Position numbers and translations under genes: made by a program
Shown here: positions 21,701-30,040 of the stretch, piece by piece
Numbering within the stretch: the first letter of the stretch is position 1
Layout: each line of letters opens with the position of its first letter
From: Ostreococcus lucimarinus
Taxonomy: Eukaryota
Reading direction: 5' to 3' (one strand)
Length of the DNA stretch: 64,000 bases
NCBI GenBank assembly: GCA_000092065.1
Contig: CP000586.1
Notes under the pieces: generated by a model
Databases searched by the model: none
The model's input: the letters and a program-made list of their open reading frames with translations, nothing else
Told to the model about the DNA's origin: nothing

Positions 21701-23026
21701 CAAGAGTACAAGCGTGCGCATCATTGGGTTTTCGCCGCGGTCGATGCCGTTGATGACATGCGCGACGGAATCAACCTCGAAGACTTCATGGCGGACACGC
21801 CCGAGGCTGGACGTCTCGCCGCAGTCAAGGGCGTGAAGGCGTGGTTAAAGGCGCATCCCATCGCACGCCGGCCGCTTGTGCCAGCTTCGTCACAAGTCGC
21901 GACGGAGGAAGCGATTCGAACGCTCGTGAGCACGACCGCCGGTGGTGGTAAGCAGCCCAAGGTGGTCGATCTCGAGGGCGTGTCTCCGCTCTTGCTCATG
22001 CGCCCGGTGACCGAAGGTGCCATCGTCGACTTGTACGCCGGTGGTGATTTCGAACTCGGCGATCGCGTCATCATGGTAGGAGACAGTGGTCAACCCGCGT
22101 TTGGTTCGCGCGGCGCGATCGTCGCCGTGCACACGTACACGGACGCGCACACGCAAGACGCGCACGCTGAATCTGTGGAAGTGTTGTTCGACGAAGACTT
22201 TGTCGGCGGTAACGATCTTCACGGTATGATTCCAAACAAACGCGGCGCCATGCTTCCGGTGGCGCAGCTCATCAACTTGTCGCACCCGCCTGCAATGCCG
22301 AACCTCGGCAGCGCGGCGCCCAAGGTTGTGGTTAAAGACGCCAAGGGTGATATGAGCGCTCCGACGCAGTGGAGCGAGCGGGCGCCCAAGATCGAACGCG
22401 AAGTCGTCGTGCAGCCGAAACTCCCCGAGAAGGACAGCAAGGGCTTCGCCAGCGCGAAGGGCGCTGGTCGGGGCAAGGCGAAAGCAAGCGCCGCTCCGTC
22501 ACCAGCGATGATTCCGAGTAACGCGCGCATGCTCTCGATGTTGAACAACGCCAAGATTGCCTCCGTCGAAGCCAAGGCGGCCAAGCCGAAGAAGGCACCG
22601 ATGAGCGTGGCCGAGCTCGAGGCGCAAATGCTCAAGATGATGTCGCCTCCGAAACCACCGGCCAAGCCCGCGGATGGGTTGAAAAAGAAGCCGATGAGCA
22701 TCAAGGAGTTGGAGGAGAGCATCTTGGCCGCCGCCGCCTCTGGCGACGCGCCGCCCGCGCCGCCGGGCCCCAAACCGACCGAATCCCCCAACCCTCCGCG
22801 CAAGCCGAGAACGAAGAAACCAGTCGCCGCCGAGCCCGCCGCAACGCCACCGCTCCCTCCGACCCCACCACCGATGCCATCCGCCGCCATGCTGTCGAAA
22901 ACCGCCGCGAACGACGCGTCCGAACCCGCGTCGAGCGCCGAAGCCGAAGCCGAAGCCGAAGCCGAAGCCAAGCCCGCGACTCGCCGCATGGTTCCCCGCT
23001 TCCTTCTTCGCACCGGTAAATCGTGA
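18749..23026 (+). CDS. XRN: 5'-3' exoribonuclease, XRN1-like, with a long low-complexity Pro/Ala/Lys-rich C-terminus.
   Basis: The XRN N-terminal signature MGVPKFFRWLAERYPLL...LYLDMNGVIHNCSH...GEGEHKIMEHIR...LYGLDADLIMLAL is present. The ORF is continuous for 1425 aa. Confidence 0.9.
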   Translation: MGVPKFFRWLAERYPLLQQEIAGNQIPGIDNLYLDMNGVIHNCSHGAGTDVNTRMTEDEMMSKVFAYLDHLFRMTRPNKMLYMAIDGVAPRAKMNQQRSRRFRSAAEAAKDREEARARGEPEPEGEPFDSNCITPGTEFMARLTEHLKFYVRKKQTEDPLWAKVTVILSGHEVRGEGEHKIMEHIRWARTQPDWEPNQTHCLYGLDADLIMLALVTHEPHFCLLREVVKFGGGEKGQPSREILSNPTDDGFILLHIGLLREYLDLEFREKNLPFGYELERVIDDFILLCMLVGNDFLPALPTLNIAEGALNTLFKVYHDTLPMLGGYITGDEGGGTFNPERLEKIMSIMATFERQVLEERAMDVEKEEEKKSRRKGRNGGSASDLTPEEKFDKDLSEMSDTEGVPQVSADPTMMNAAKRALILEGGEEGLQAWKDTYYREKLGLKIGEAAPLGEIRQAYFDGLNWVLRYYYRGVASWTWYYPYHYAPMASDLCAGMGGLTSEFDYGEPFKPFEQLMAVQPPSSSKLLPEPFRHFMEDPQSPLAEFFPEDIKVDFEGKRNDWEGVVLLPFLDADRLKAAVASVEPSQLTAGQIARNVPGNLIYFNHAPSGAGDVQSTLPKSFAGLFPAKSKMTMRMPPGEFPDEMKCFGGEDSVFPGTTLGLDSPSGFPTIRTLPVSGSLKTAGVKVFGNASKKESLIIQINGVDVNLVGNLAGVGAKDIAPSLVNKRVQIKWPYLQEALVVGVSDSKERIVPVIGKPNELASKPNNATEWSADMEKVTREYLEKYGVSAGRSNIALHCRACEGLVRHPDGSLQKRFSKTEMTVPIQLVIAKHNAPSTRMDERPALDVGESTGDFVDGDVALFLGRSNFGALAVVTDVSPAGLGVSLHPVPLDTGLSRRILKGVGQRYMASGEMARKLGVNPKVIGCLTGAVWVQESAKASRGDRVDVGLNLKHNGKMLCVAGYCRPTQGDKPGWEYSQEALRVLQEYKRAHHWVFAAVDAVDDMRDGINLEDFMADTPEAGRLAAVKGVKAWLKAHPIARRPLVPASSQVATEEAIRTLVSTTAGGGKQPKVVDLEGVSPLLLMRPVTEGAIVDLYAGGDFELGDRVIMVGDSGQPAFGSRGAIVAVHTYTDAHTQDAHAESVEVLFDEDFVGGNDLHGMIPNKRGAMLPVAQLINLSHPPAMPNLGSAAPKVVVKDAKGDMSAPTQWSERAPKIEREVVVQPKLPEKDSKGFASAKGAGRGKAKASAAPSPAMIPSNARMLSMLNNAKIASVEAKAAKPKKAPMSVAELEAQMLKMMSPPKPPAKPADGLKKKPMSIKELEESILAAAASGDAPPAPPGPKPTESPNPPRKPRTKKPVAAEPAATPPLPPTPPPMPSAAMLSKTAANDASEPASSAEAEAEAEAEAKPATRRMVPRFLLRTGKS

Positions 23027-23224
23027 TCTGAGATTTGATTCGTAGAGACGTCGTCTCGACGGCGTCGGTATAACACGTTTGTAGTAGATCTGTACGCGTC
23101 TCGCTCGCGCCGTCCTCGCTCGGAGGGTTTAGGCCTCGCTGGCTGCCCGCTTATCCATCATCGCATCTTGTCGCCCGTCGCCCGCTTCGCGCGCGCACTT
23201 CGCGTCGCTCGCGGTCTCGACGCG

Positions 23225-24013
23225 ATGTTCGCGCGCACGACGTCCACGCCCGCCGCCCTCGCGCGCGCGACGCCTCGCGCTTCGCGCGCCGCGCCGCGCA
23301 CCGCCGCCGCGCGCCCGTCGTCGTCATCGATCGCGCGCGTCGGCGTCGCCGCGCGCGCGCCTCGCGCGGTGCGCGCGCCGACCGCGCGCGCCGACCGAAC
23401 CGCCGTCGTCTCGCGCGGCTTGTTCGACGGCGATAAGGACGAAGGCGGCACCGCGACGGCGCGCGTGAGCACGGACGCGGTGATGATCGACCCGGTGGTC
23501 GGCGCGAAACGCTTCAGCAACTACTTCTGGGCGGGCGTCGTCACCGCGGGCAGCACGGGATTCCTGCTCACCGGCGCGTCGGCGTACCTGCACCACAACC
23601 TGGTGTTTTTCCTCGACGCGACGGACATCAAGTTCTTCCCGCAGGGATTGGTGATGTCGTTTTACGGCGTCGCCGGCGCGATGCTCGCGACGTATCTCTG
23701 GTTGACGATTTCCTGGGACGTCGGCGCCGGATACAACGAATTCAACAAGGATGAGGGAATCATGCGAATTTTCCGCTACGGGTTCCCGGGGAAGAATCGT
23801 CGGGTGAATCTGGTGAGCGATCTCGCCGACGTGCAGGCGGTTCGCGTGGAGATCAGCGAGGGCGTCAACCCGCGGCGCGTGGTGTACGTTCGATGCAAGG
23901 GCAAGCGCGACATCCCGCTCACCCGCATCGGGCAACCGCTGACGCTGGCGGAGGTGGAGCAGCGCGCGGCGGATTTGGCCAAGTTTTTGCAGGTTCCGAT
24001 CGAGGGTCTTTGA
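23225..24013 (+). CDS. ycf4: Photosystem I assembly protein Ycf4, nuclear-encoded with a chloroplast transit peptide.
   Basis: The C-terminal 180 aa is highly Ycf4-like: KRFSNYFWAGVVTAGSTGFLLTGASAYL...FFPQGLVMSFYGVAGAMLATYLWLTISWDVGAGYNEFNKDEGIMRIFRYGFPGKNRRV...VQAVRVEISEGVNPRRVVYV...IPLTRIGQPLTLAEVEQRAADLAKFLQVPIEGL. It is preceded by ~85 aa of Ala/Arg/Ser/Thr-rich presequence beginning MFARTTSTP. The 23168 start of the ORF track is TTG; the first ATG is at 23225. Confidence 0.85.
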   Translation: MFARTTSTPAALARATPRASRAAPRTAAARPSSSSIARVGVAARAPRAVRAPTARADRTAVVSRGLFDGDKDEGGTATARVSTDAVMIDPVVGAKRFSNYFWAGVVTAGSTGFLLTGASAYLHHNLVFFLDATDIKFFPQGLVMSFYGVAGAMLATYLWLTISWDVGAGYNEFNKDEGIMRIFRYGFPGKNRRVNLVSDLADVQAVRVEISEGVNPRRVVYVRCKGKRDIPLTRIGQPLTLAEVEQRAADLAKFLQVPIEGL

Positions 24014-24121
24014 CGCATCCTCGTCCTCGCGTCCGCCTTTGCTTTAATCATTGATTTATTCAACCTTAGCGCACCACATTCGCCGCTTCGTTCGCGCGCC
24101 TCAGTCCGCGACGCCCGCGCG

Positions 24122-25276
24122 ATGCCGCGCGAGCGCGTCCGCGACGTCACCGCCGTCGACGTCGACCTCGCGCGCGCGCCGCGCGACGTCCTGACGCGCC
24201 TCGCCGACGAATTGCGACCGCGACTCGACGCCGCCGCGCGCGCCGCGCGCGACGCCTCGCGCGTGTTCTCGCGCGAGCGCGCGCTCCTGGACGCGCTGCG
24301 AAGGAAATCGCGCGCGCAGCACCGGGCGTCGAAGCATCACGGCGCGCTGACGCGCGCGTGCGCGCGCGGGAGGACGTACGACGCGCAGGAGGCGGTGGCG
24401 AAGCTCGAGGCGTTGGCGCGAGACGTCGACGCGTGCGCGCGCGACTCGCGGTTGGCGTACGGAAACGATGCGCTCGTCGTGCCGGCGCGCGCGCGCGCGG
24501 ACGAGGCGATGCGAGCGGCGTGCGCGGCGTGCGCGGTCCTGAGCGAGCTGCAGGGAGCGGGAGAGGATTGCGTGGAGGCGTTCGCGGGGCAGCTCGGTCG
24601 CGGGTACTTCATGGCGCTGAGCGCGACGGCGACGGCGTGCGCGAGTCGGGTGCGGTGCGAGAGCGCGCGGGTGTTGCGGGCGCTCGTCGGCGCGTATAAC
24701 GTCGTGGTGGACGTTCGGGAACACTTACCGCCGCCGGGAAGGTACGACGCGGCGTTCGGGCGACGGCCGCCGGCGGAGTTGCGCGTGGCGACGGCGGCGG
24801 ACGGCGGCGTGCGCGCGACGCCCGTGGGCGACGACGAGGTGCGCGCGGACGAGGAATTGGACGTGTTTTGGGCGTCGGCCGTATCGAACGCGCGAGAGGG
24901 CGCAGAACTGAGCGCAGATGTGAACGTGGAGGCGGACGACGAGCTGAGCGAGCTCGGCGTTCGCGTCGATCGCGACGACGTCGCCGAACGCGACGTCATC
25001 AGGGTGGCGAAGCAGTCGCAAGTGCCTCAGGCTAAGGCGCGAAAATACGAGCGCACTGTGAGTGTGGCGTCGCCATTCGGCGCGCTCACCGCCGCTCCCG
25101 CTGTTTTAAACCCATTCGCGCCGAAAAAACGTCGAAGAAAGAAGAAGGGCGGCGGCGAGGAGCCGCCGACGGCGGGGAAAAAGAAGAAACCGAAGCGGAG
25201 CGACGCGCCAAAAACTGCCGCAGACGCGTTCGAGCGATTGCGTCAAATAAGCTCGTACGGAGGCGGGCCCGACTAG
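24122..25276 (+). CDS. Hypothetical protein, probably nuclear, with a C-terminal KKRRRKKK nuclear-localisation-like patch.
   Basis: ATG-initiated ORF of 384 aa. Composition is non-repetitive in the N-terminal two-thirds. An acidic stretch and then a basic patch follow. No family was recognised. Confidence 0.4.
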   Translation: MPRERVRDVTAVDVDLARAPRDVLTRLADELRPRLDAAARAARDASRVFSRERALLDALRRKSRAQHRASKHHGALTRACARGRTYDAQEAVAKLEALARDVDACARDSRLAYGNDALVVPARARADEAMRAACAACAVLSELQGAGEDCVEAFAGQLGRGYFMALSATATACASRVRCESARVLRALVGAYNVVVDVREHLPPPGRYDAAFGRRPPAELRVATAADGGVRATPVGDDEVRADEELDVFWASAVSNAREGAELSADVNVEADDELSELGVRVDRDDVAERDVIRVAKQSQVPQAKARKYERTVSVASPFGALTAAPAVLNPFAPKKRRRKKKGGGEEPPTAGKKKKPKRSDAPKTAADAFERLRQISSYGGGPD

Positions 25277-25396
25277 CGTAGATTAGCGTAGAAATAGTGT
25301 GGTGGTGTACAATACAAAATGCGCGACGACCGAGCACGTTCGTTTGTTCGTTCGTTTGCGCGTCAAACGTCAATCAAGTATCAATCGACACCGCGC

Positions 25397-26137
25397 TCAG
25401 CTCATGAGCGCGAGTATCTCGTCTCTGAAAAGCAACCACTGCCCCGCGATTTCACGCCCGACGTCGCGCGTCAAGCGCGCGTCGTCATACATGACCGCCG
25501 CGGCGATCGCCATCCAAAATACCGCCCACAACCCGGCGAGCGCGAGCGCCACGCGCGTGGTCGCGCCCACCACCACACCGACGCACATCACGAACGTCTC
25601 CGGCGTCCATCGTTTCACGTTCGCGCCGCGTTCGCCCTTCGCGACAGCGACGGCGTCGCCATCGTCGTTCGCCCCGCGACCGGCGATTTCGCACGCCTCT
25701 GGCGACGCCTCGAACGCCGCGTTCTCCCGCGTCGACCACGTCGTCTTCGACCGTTTCACCGCGCTATCGATGTCGCCGTCGCCGTGACGCGCCACGCGAT
25801 CGTCCGCATCGCGCGTCACGAGCGCTTTCCGTTCCGCCTTGACCGCGCGTTCCAACGCTTCGATGCGTCGCTCGTGCCTTTCCGTCATCGCGTCCAGCGC
25901 GTTCGCCATCTCTTCGAGCTCGCGTCGGCTCGCCCGCGCGAGCTGCGTCGCCTTGTTCGCGTCCGCGGAAACGGCGTCTTTGACGTTACGCAGGCGCGTG
26001 CTGAACGTTTCGAGCGCGTCGTCGACGGCGCGTTGAAGCGCGTCGAGACGGACCGAGAGCGCGTCGTCGGCGGCGGTCGTCGTTCGCGCGCGCGCGTCGT
26101 CGCGCGCGGGCGCGCCCGCGAGCGAGACGTCGTGCAT
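25397..26137 (-). CDS. Hypothetical tail-anchored coiled-coil protein with a single C-terminal TM helix.
   Basis: ATG start. The central region is heptad-like and charged (LEEMANALDAMTERHERRIEALERAVKAERKAL). The C-terminal hydrophobic segment VMCVGVVVGATTRVALALAGLWAVFWMAIAAAV suggests a tail anchor. Confidence 0.45.
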   Translation of the reverse strand: MHDVSLAGAPARDDARARTTTAADDALSVRLDALQRAVDDALETFSTRLRNVKDAVSADANKATQLARASRRELEEMANALDAMTERHERRIEALERAVKAERKALVTRDADDRVARHGDGDIDSAVKRSKTTWSTRENAAFEASPEACEIAGRGANDDGDAVAVAKGERGANVKRWTPETFVMCVGVVVGATTRVALALAGLWAVFWMAIAAAVMYDDARLTRDVGREIAGQWLLFRDEILALMS

Positions 26138-26272
26138 CGTCGTGTCGTTACGTTCGAGCGCGTTTTCGCGACGACGAGGTCGTCGCGCGTCGCCGTGTGC
26201 CGTGGGAGACGAACCGACTCTTTGCTGTCTCGTCGCCGAATCGGCGACGCGCGCGCGACCCGAGCGCCGCGC

Positions 26273-27619
26273 TTAATCGTACTCCACACCGGCGAACGCG
26301 AGGCCCAAAGCCGGTGCGGGCGGAGCCGCGGCCCGACGCTCGCGCGACCGGGCGATTCTGAGCAGGACGTCGTCGTCGCCGGCGAAGACGGCGGCTTCGC
26401 GAATCGTCGTGGCGACGAGACAGCGAATCAACTTGCGCAAGAAACGGTCTGCGACGAGCTCGATGACGATGACTTCGTCGGCGTCGATGTCGGTGATGTC
26501 GATGGTGTCGTCGTGAGCGTCGTTTCGGCTTTTCGAGCGCCGAACGCCGGCGGTGACTTTGGAGTCGTTGTCGCTGTCGGCGCCGTCGCCGGGCGGCGAA
26601 GGCAATTTCGCCTCGAACGCCCTCGCGACGCGAAACGTGACGACGGAACTCTTCCCAGGCGGCGTGCCTCGCGCGAAGGCGTGCATATCGATCGGCGCGT
26701 TCGCGCACTCGCGCACGAGCGCGGCTAAGATTCGATCGATGATGCGCGCGTCCAAATCAGCCTTCGGCGTGCGCGACTCGCGAAACGCCTGATTCTTCGG
26801 CAAGCAATACACGTACCGTCGACTCTTCGCCGCGAATGTCGCGTGAAACGCCGAGCCCGTCTCGCGCACGTCCGACACGCGCAACAGACCCGCTTTGCCC
26901 GGCGCTGAATCCTCATTCACCAACCGCTCAATCTCCGCCGCGGAGATGGCGTCCGACTTGCTCCAAAGCGATACGCAGCTGGCGAGCGCGCTCACGCCGC
27001 GATCCGTCCTCCCCGCCGACGGCGTCGGGCGCGTCTTATCCAACACCGGTCGCAGCGCCAACTGCAACGCCGCCGACACCGACGCGCACCCCGGCTCGAA
27101 CGTCCCGTCGTACGCGAAATCCCTCGACGCGTTCCACGCGAAGCCCGCGAACGACGGCCCGTGATACGTACACTTCGCCGCGAACGTCCTTCGTCCTTCC
27201 CTGCGTCTTCGCCCCCCGCTCGCGCCCGCGTCGTCGCCGCTCGCGAACACGATTTCCGCCGCGCTCAATCCGAGCTCGCGCAGGCACGCGTCGCCTCGCA
27301 CGCACCGCCTGAAGAATCGCTCGACGCCGCGCCACGGCCTGTCGTCCGCGAACGCGCTCTGCTGCACCGGGTCCCAGCGCCCGACGTTGAACTCGCATCC
27401 GGCCGTCGCGCCGTCGTCGAGGACCAGGGTTTGACACGGATGTCGCGTCGCGACGCGCGCGTCGTCGCTCGCGTTCGCGTCGCTCGCGTCGCTCGCCCGC
27501 GACGTCGCGCCGACCGGCGGCGGGACGCGCGCGGTCGCCATCGACCCGCGACGCGCGCGCGCGCGCGCGGCGCGCGCGCGCGACGTTCGAGACGCTCGCG
27601 CGACGCGCGCGAGACGCAT
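26273..27619 (-). CDS. tRNA pseudouridine synthase, TruA/PUS1 family.
   Basis: The catalytic motif AGRTDRGVSALASCVSL matches the RTD.GVHA consensus. ...AKSRRYVYCL matches the ..R.Y.Y motif. The N-terminal KCTYHGPSFAGFAW matches the Y.G..F.G.Q-type start. The start is ATG. Confidence 0.6.
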   Translation of the reverse strand: MRLARVARASRTSRARAARARARRGSMATARVPPPVGATSRASDASDANASDDARVATRHPCQTLVLDDGATAGCEFNVGRWDPVQQSAFADDRPWRGVERFFRRCVRGDACLRELGLSAAEIVFASGDDAGASGGRRRREGRRTFAAKCTYHGPSFAGFAWNASRDFAYDGTFEPGCASVSAALQLALRPVLDKTRPTPSAGRTDRGVSALASCVSLWSKSDAISAAEIERLVNEDSAPGKAGLLRVSDVRETGSAFHATFAAKSRRYVYCLPKNQAFRESRTPKADLDARIIDRILAALVRECANAPIDMHAFARGTPPGKSSVVTFRVARAFEAKLPSPPGDGADSDNDSKVTAGVRRSKSRNDAHDDTIDITDIDADEVIVIELVADRFLRKLIRCLVATTIREAAVFAGDDDVLLRIARSRERRAAAPPAPALGLAFAGVEYD

Positions 27620-27716
27620 GCGCGCGCGCGAGGACGCGCGGGCGCGGCGTCGCGCGCCGATGTGCGACCGCGCGCGCGTCCCGGTCGTTCGCTAACGGTC
27701 GTCACTCGACGCCGCG

Positions 27717-28172
27717 ATGCGCGACGCCGACGCCGCGAGCGACGGCGACGACGGCGCGAGCGCGTCGGAAGAGTCGGACTCTTCGTCCTCGGGCGCGCTC
27801 GGGGACGTGGGCGCGCGCGAGCGCGATGAATTCTTCGACGAGGGCGCGGATGCGGCGGACGAGCGCGCCGTCGTTCGCGCGCTCGGTGGCGCCGACGCGG
27901 CGACGACGGACGCGCGCCTGTCCTGCCCGGGGTGCTTCGCGCTGGTGTGCGTGCTGTGTCAGCGACACGAGCGGTACAAGGGGCAGTACCGCGCGGTGTT
28001 CGCGCGAGGGGTGGAGACGTCGACGACGAGCTGTCTGCGGCCGACGGACGACGACGGCGACGGCGCGGACGAAAGGTACAGGGAGGTGACGTGCGCGCAG
28101 TGTGGGACCGTAGTCGCGGTGCAGGATGATGATGACGTGTATCATTTCTTTAACGTGTTCAGCGCGGGGTGA
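27717..28172 (+). CDS. Small acidic protein with a C-terminal Cys/His motif resembling the E2F-associated phosphoprotein (EAPP) C-terminal domain.
   Basis: The motif LSCPGCFALVCVLCQRHERYKGQYRAVFARGV...VTCAQCGTVV is present. It follows an Asp/Glu/Ser-rich N-terminus. The start is ATG. Confidence 0.45.
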   Translation: MRDADAASDGDDGASASEESDSSSSGALGDVGARERDEFFDEGADAADERAVVRALGGADAATTDARLSCPGCFALVCVLCQRHERYKGQYRAVFARGVETSTTSCLRPTDDDGDGADERYREVTCAQCGTVVAVQDDDDVYHFFNVFSAG

Positions 28173-28296
28173 TGGTGAGTGATGGGATCGACGACGCGAA
28201 CGCGGCGGGACGGGACGGCTGCTATTTACGTCGTCGCCGAGTAAATTTCTCGTCGCGAGACGTCATTCGTGCGCGCGCGACGAAAACGGCGCGACC

Positions 28297-29931
28297 ATGC
28301 GGAAACGTGCTGACGTCGGTGGATCGATGGCGTACGAGACGATGACACCGGCGTCGCACGGTGAGGGCGAGGACGACGCGACGGCGACGAGCGAGTCAAA
28401 CGCTTTGACCAACGGGATTTTCAAAAGCGGAGATACACGTAAACACGCGCGCGCGGAGACGCCACCGACGCTTCGGGATGCTGCGTGGGACTGGATAAGC
28501 GTACAAGCATGCATCGTCGCAGGCATCATCGTGATAACTGGCTACTTTTCCTTCATATCCACCGGTACGTGGCGCAAGTGCGTGAAATCTCTCGACGTAG
28601 ACCTGCGTGATGCTTCGGGGCGAGAAGAAGTCATTCGAACGTTTCTACGCTGCACTTTCGCGCGCGAACGAGGTAAAAACTATCGACCGTGGCGAATGGG
28701 TGACTTTTCCGTGCTCTTCGTGCGGCTGTCGACGATCACATTTTACGGCGAGGTGATTTTTCACCAGATGAGCGCGTGGCACGTCTCAAAATATCGTAAG
28801 TGGCGCACAAAGTTCGCCGTGCAATCGTTCGCGCAAATGTACATCGTTTACTTTGTCATGATATCGATTTTGGGGTATCACTCGACATATTCTCACATTG
28901 TCGTCCTGAACTCCTTTAGTGCGCTCTTCCTTTGCGGTGCGACGGCGAAGGAGTTTTGGAACACAAAAGGTTTGAGTTGGTTCTGGACGTACTTTTTTGG
29001 ACCTGGCATCATCGGTAGGCCAGTGGTTGAATTCTTCCTCGTCATCGTCGCCGATCCGAACGTTAGCGCGCCTCTCAAGCTCGCCGTGCGGTTCATTTTT
29101 CTGCCCTTACTGTGGGAAACTTTTCGCGGTTTTGAAAGGCACTTCACGAGGTTGAATCCGTCTCCTGGGCCGTGCCTTAATCTTCCGTATTTCATCTCTA
29201 GCACGCTCCAGGAGTCCTTCGTCTCGAGGTATGTGATGTTTCTGCTCTCTGCGGGCGGTGCGGTGAAAAGCATGGCAACCGTGCAGGCGATACTGGCTTT
29301 ACACGAACTCATGATGAACGTCGTGCAGAAGGATCGAGACGTGCACTTGGTTAAGTTATTCCTCGGAAAACAGTCCGCGGAAGCTCTGCTCGTGTCGCGC
29401 AAGCAGCACGATATCGTTGCCTTAAACTCAATCGTCTCTTCATTCGCAGAGATTTGTGCAATCATCGTGATTTCTCTGTACTTGTATGTCTTTCGCATGG
29501 CGAGCGAAGGCAACGAGGACGTCGTCGACTTGAAGGCGTACGGTGTGCAGGCGATAAACTTGATAGCGATCGAAATGGTGCTTTCGTTCTTCATCATGTA
29601 CGTTCAGCAACGGTTCCACGGTATACGACACGGCGATGTTTTCCCTAAAGGGTATTTTTTACGCAAGGGAAGATGGCTCGCCGTGAGCTATAAATTCGTC
29701 GTTTTTCTGTGGATCACCGCCATGATGGCGCACAAGGTGACAATTTATCTCGTTGGTAATCAGTTCCACAAGTACCTGTGCCCGCGTATCAACGATGATG
29801 GGAGCGTCTTCACCTTTCAATGTTCGACAGAGGATTACAAACTCGCGCCAGGAGGGTTTTACTACAACTCGGAGGCGTGGTTGATTCAACAGTACGACTA
29901 TCCCGTCGCCGTTTTGTCGGACAAGGGGTAG
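28297..29931 (+). CDS. Hypothetical multi-pass membrane protein, ~10-12 predicted TM helices, no recognisable family. It is encoded at markedly lower GC than its neighbours.
   Basis: ATG-initiated 544-aa ORF, rich in F/I/L/Y/W hydrophobic stretches: FVMISILGYHSTYSHIVVLNSFSALFL, WFWTYFFGPGIIG, AIIVISLYLYVF. No conserved catalytic motif was recognised. Local GC is roughly 50% against 65-75% around it. Confidence 0.5.
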   Translation: MRKRADVGGSMAYETMTPASHGEGEDDATATSESNALTNGIFKSGDTRKHARAETPPTLRDAAWDWISVQACIVAGIIVITGYFSFISTGTWRKCVKSLDVDLRDASGREEVIRTFLRCTFARERGKNYRPWRMGDFSVLFVRLSTITFYGEVIFHQMSAWHVSKYRKWRTKFAVQSFAQMYIVYFVMISILGYHSTYSHIVVLNSFSALFLCGATAKEFWNTKGLSWFWTYFFGPGIIGRPVVEFFLVIVADPNVSAPLKLAVRFIFLPLLWETFRGFERHFTRLNPSPGPCLNLPYFISSTLQESFVSRYVMFLLSAGGAVKSMATVQAILALHELMMNVVQKDRDVHLVKLFLGKQSAEALLVSRKQHDIVALNSIVSSFAEICAIIVISLYLYVFRMASEGNEDVVDLKAYGVQAINLIAIEMVLSFFIMYVQQRFHGIRHGDVFPKGYFLRKGRWLAVSYKFVVFLWITAMMAHKVTIYLVGNQFHKYLCPRINDDGSVFTFQCSTEDYKLAPGGFYYNSEAWLIQQYDYPVAVLSDKG

Positions 29932-30040
29932 TGGCGGTCGCGTGGTTGTTTGTCCGCGAGCTACAAGCGAAACAAACTGTCACAAAGTAGAAGATGTAAT
30001 AGCGATAGGTTTACTGAAACACACCTCCCGATAAAATAGT

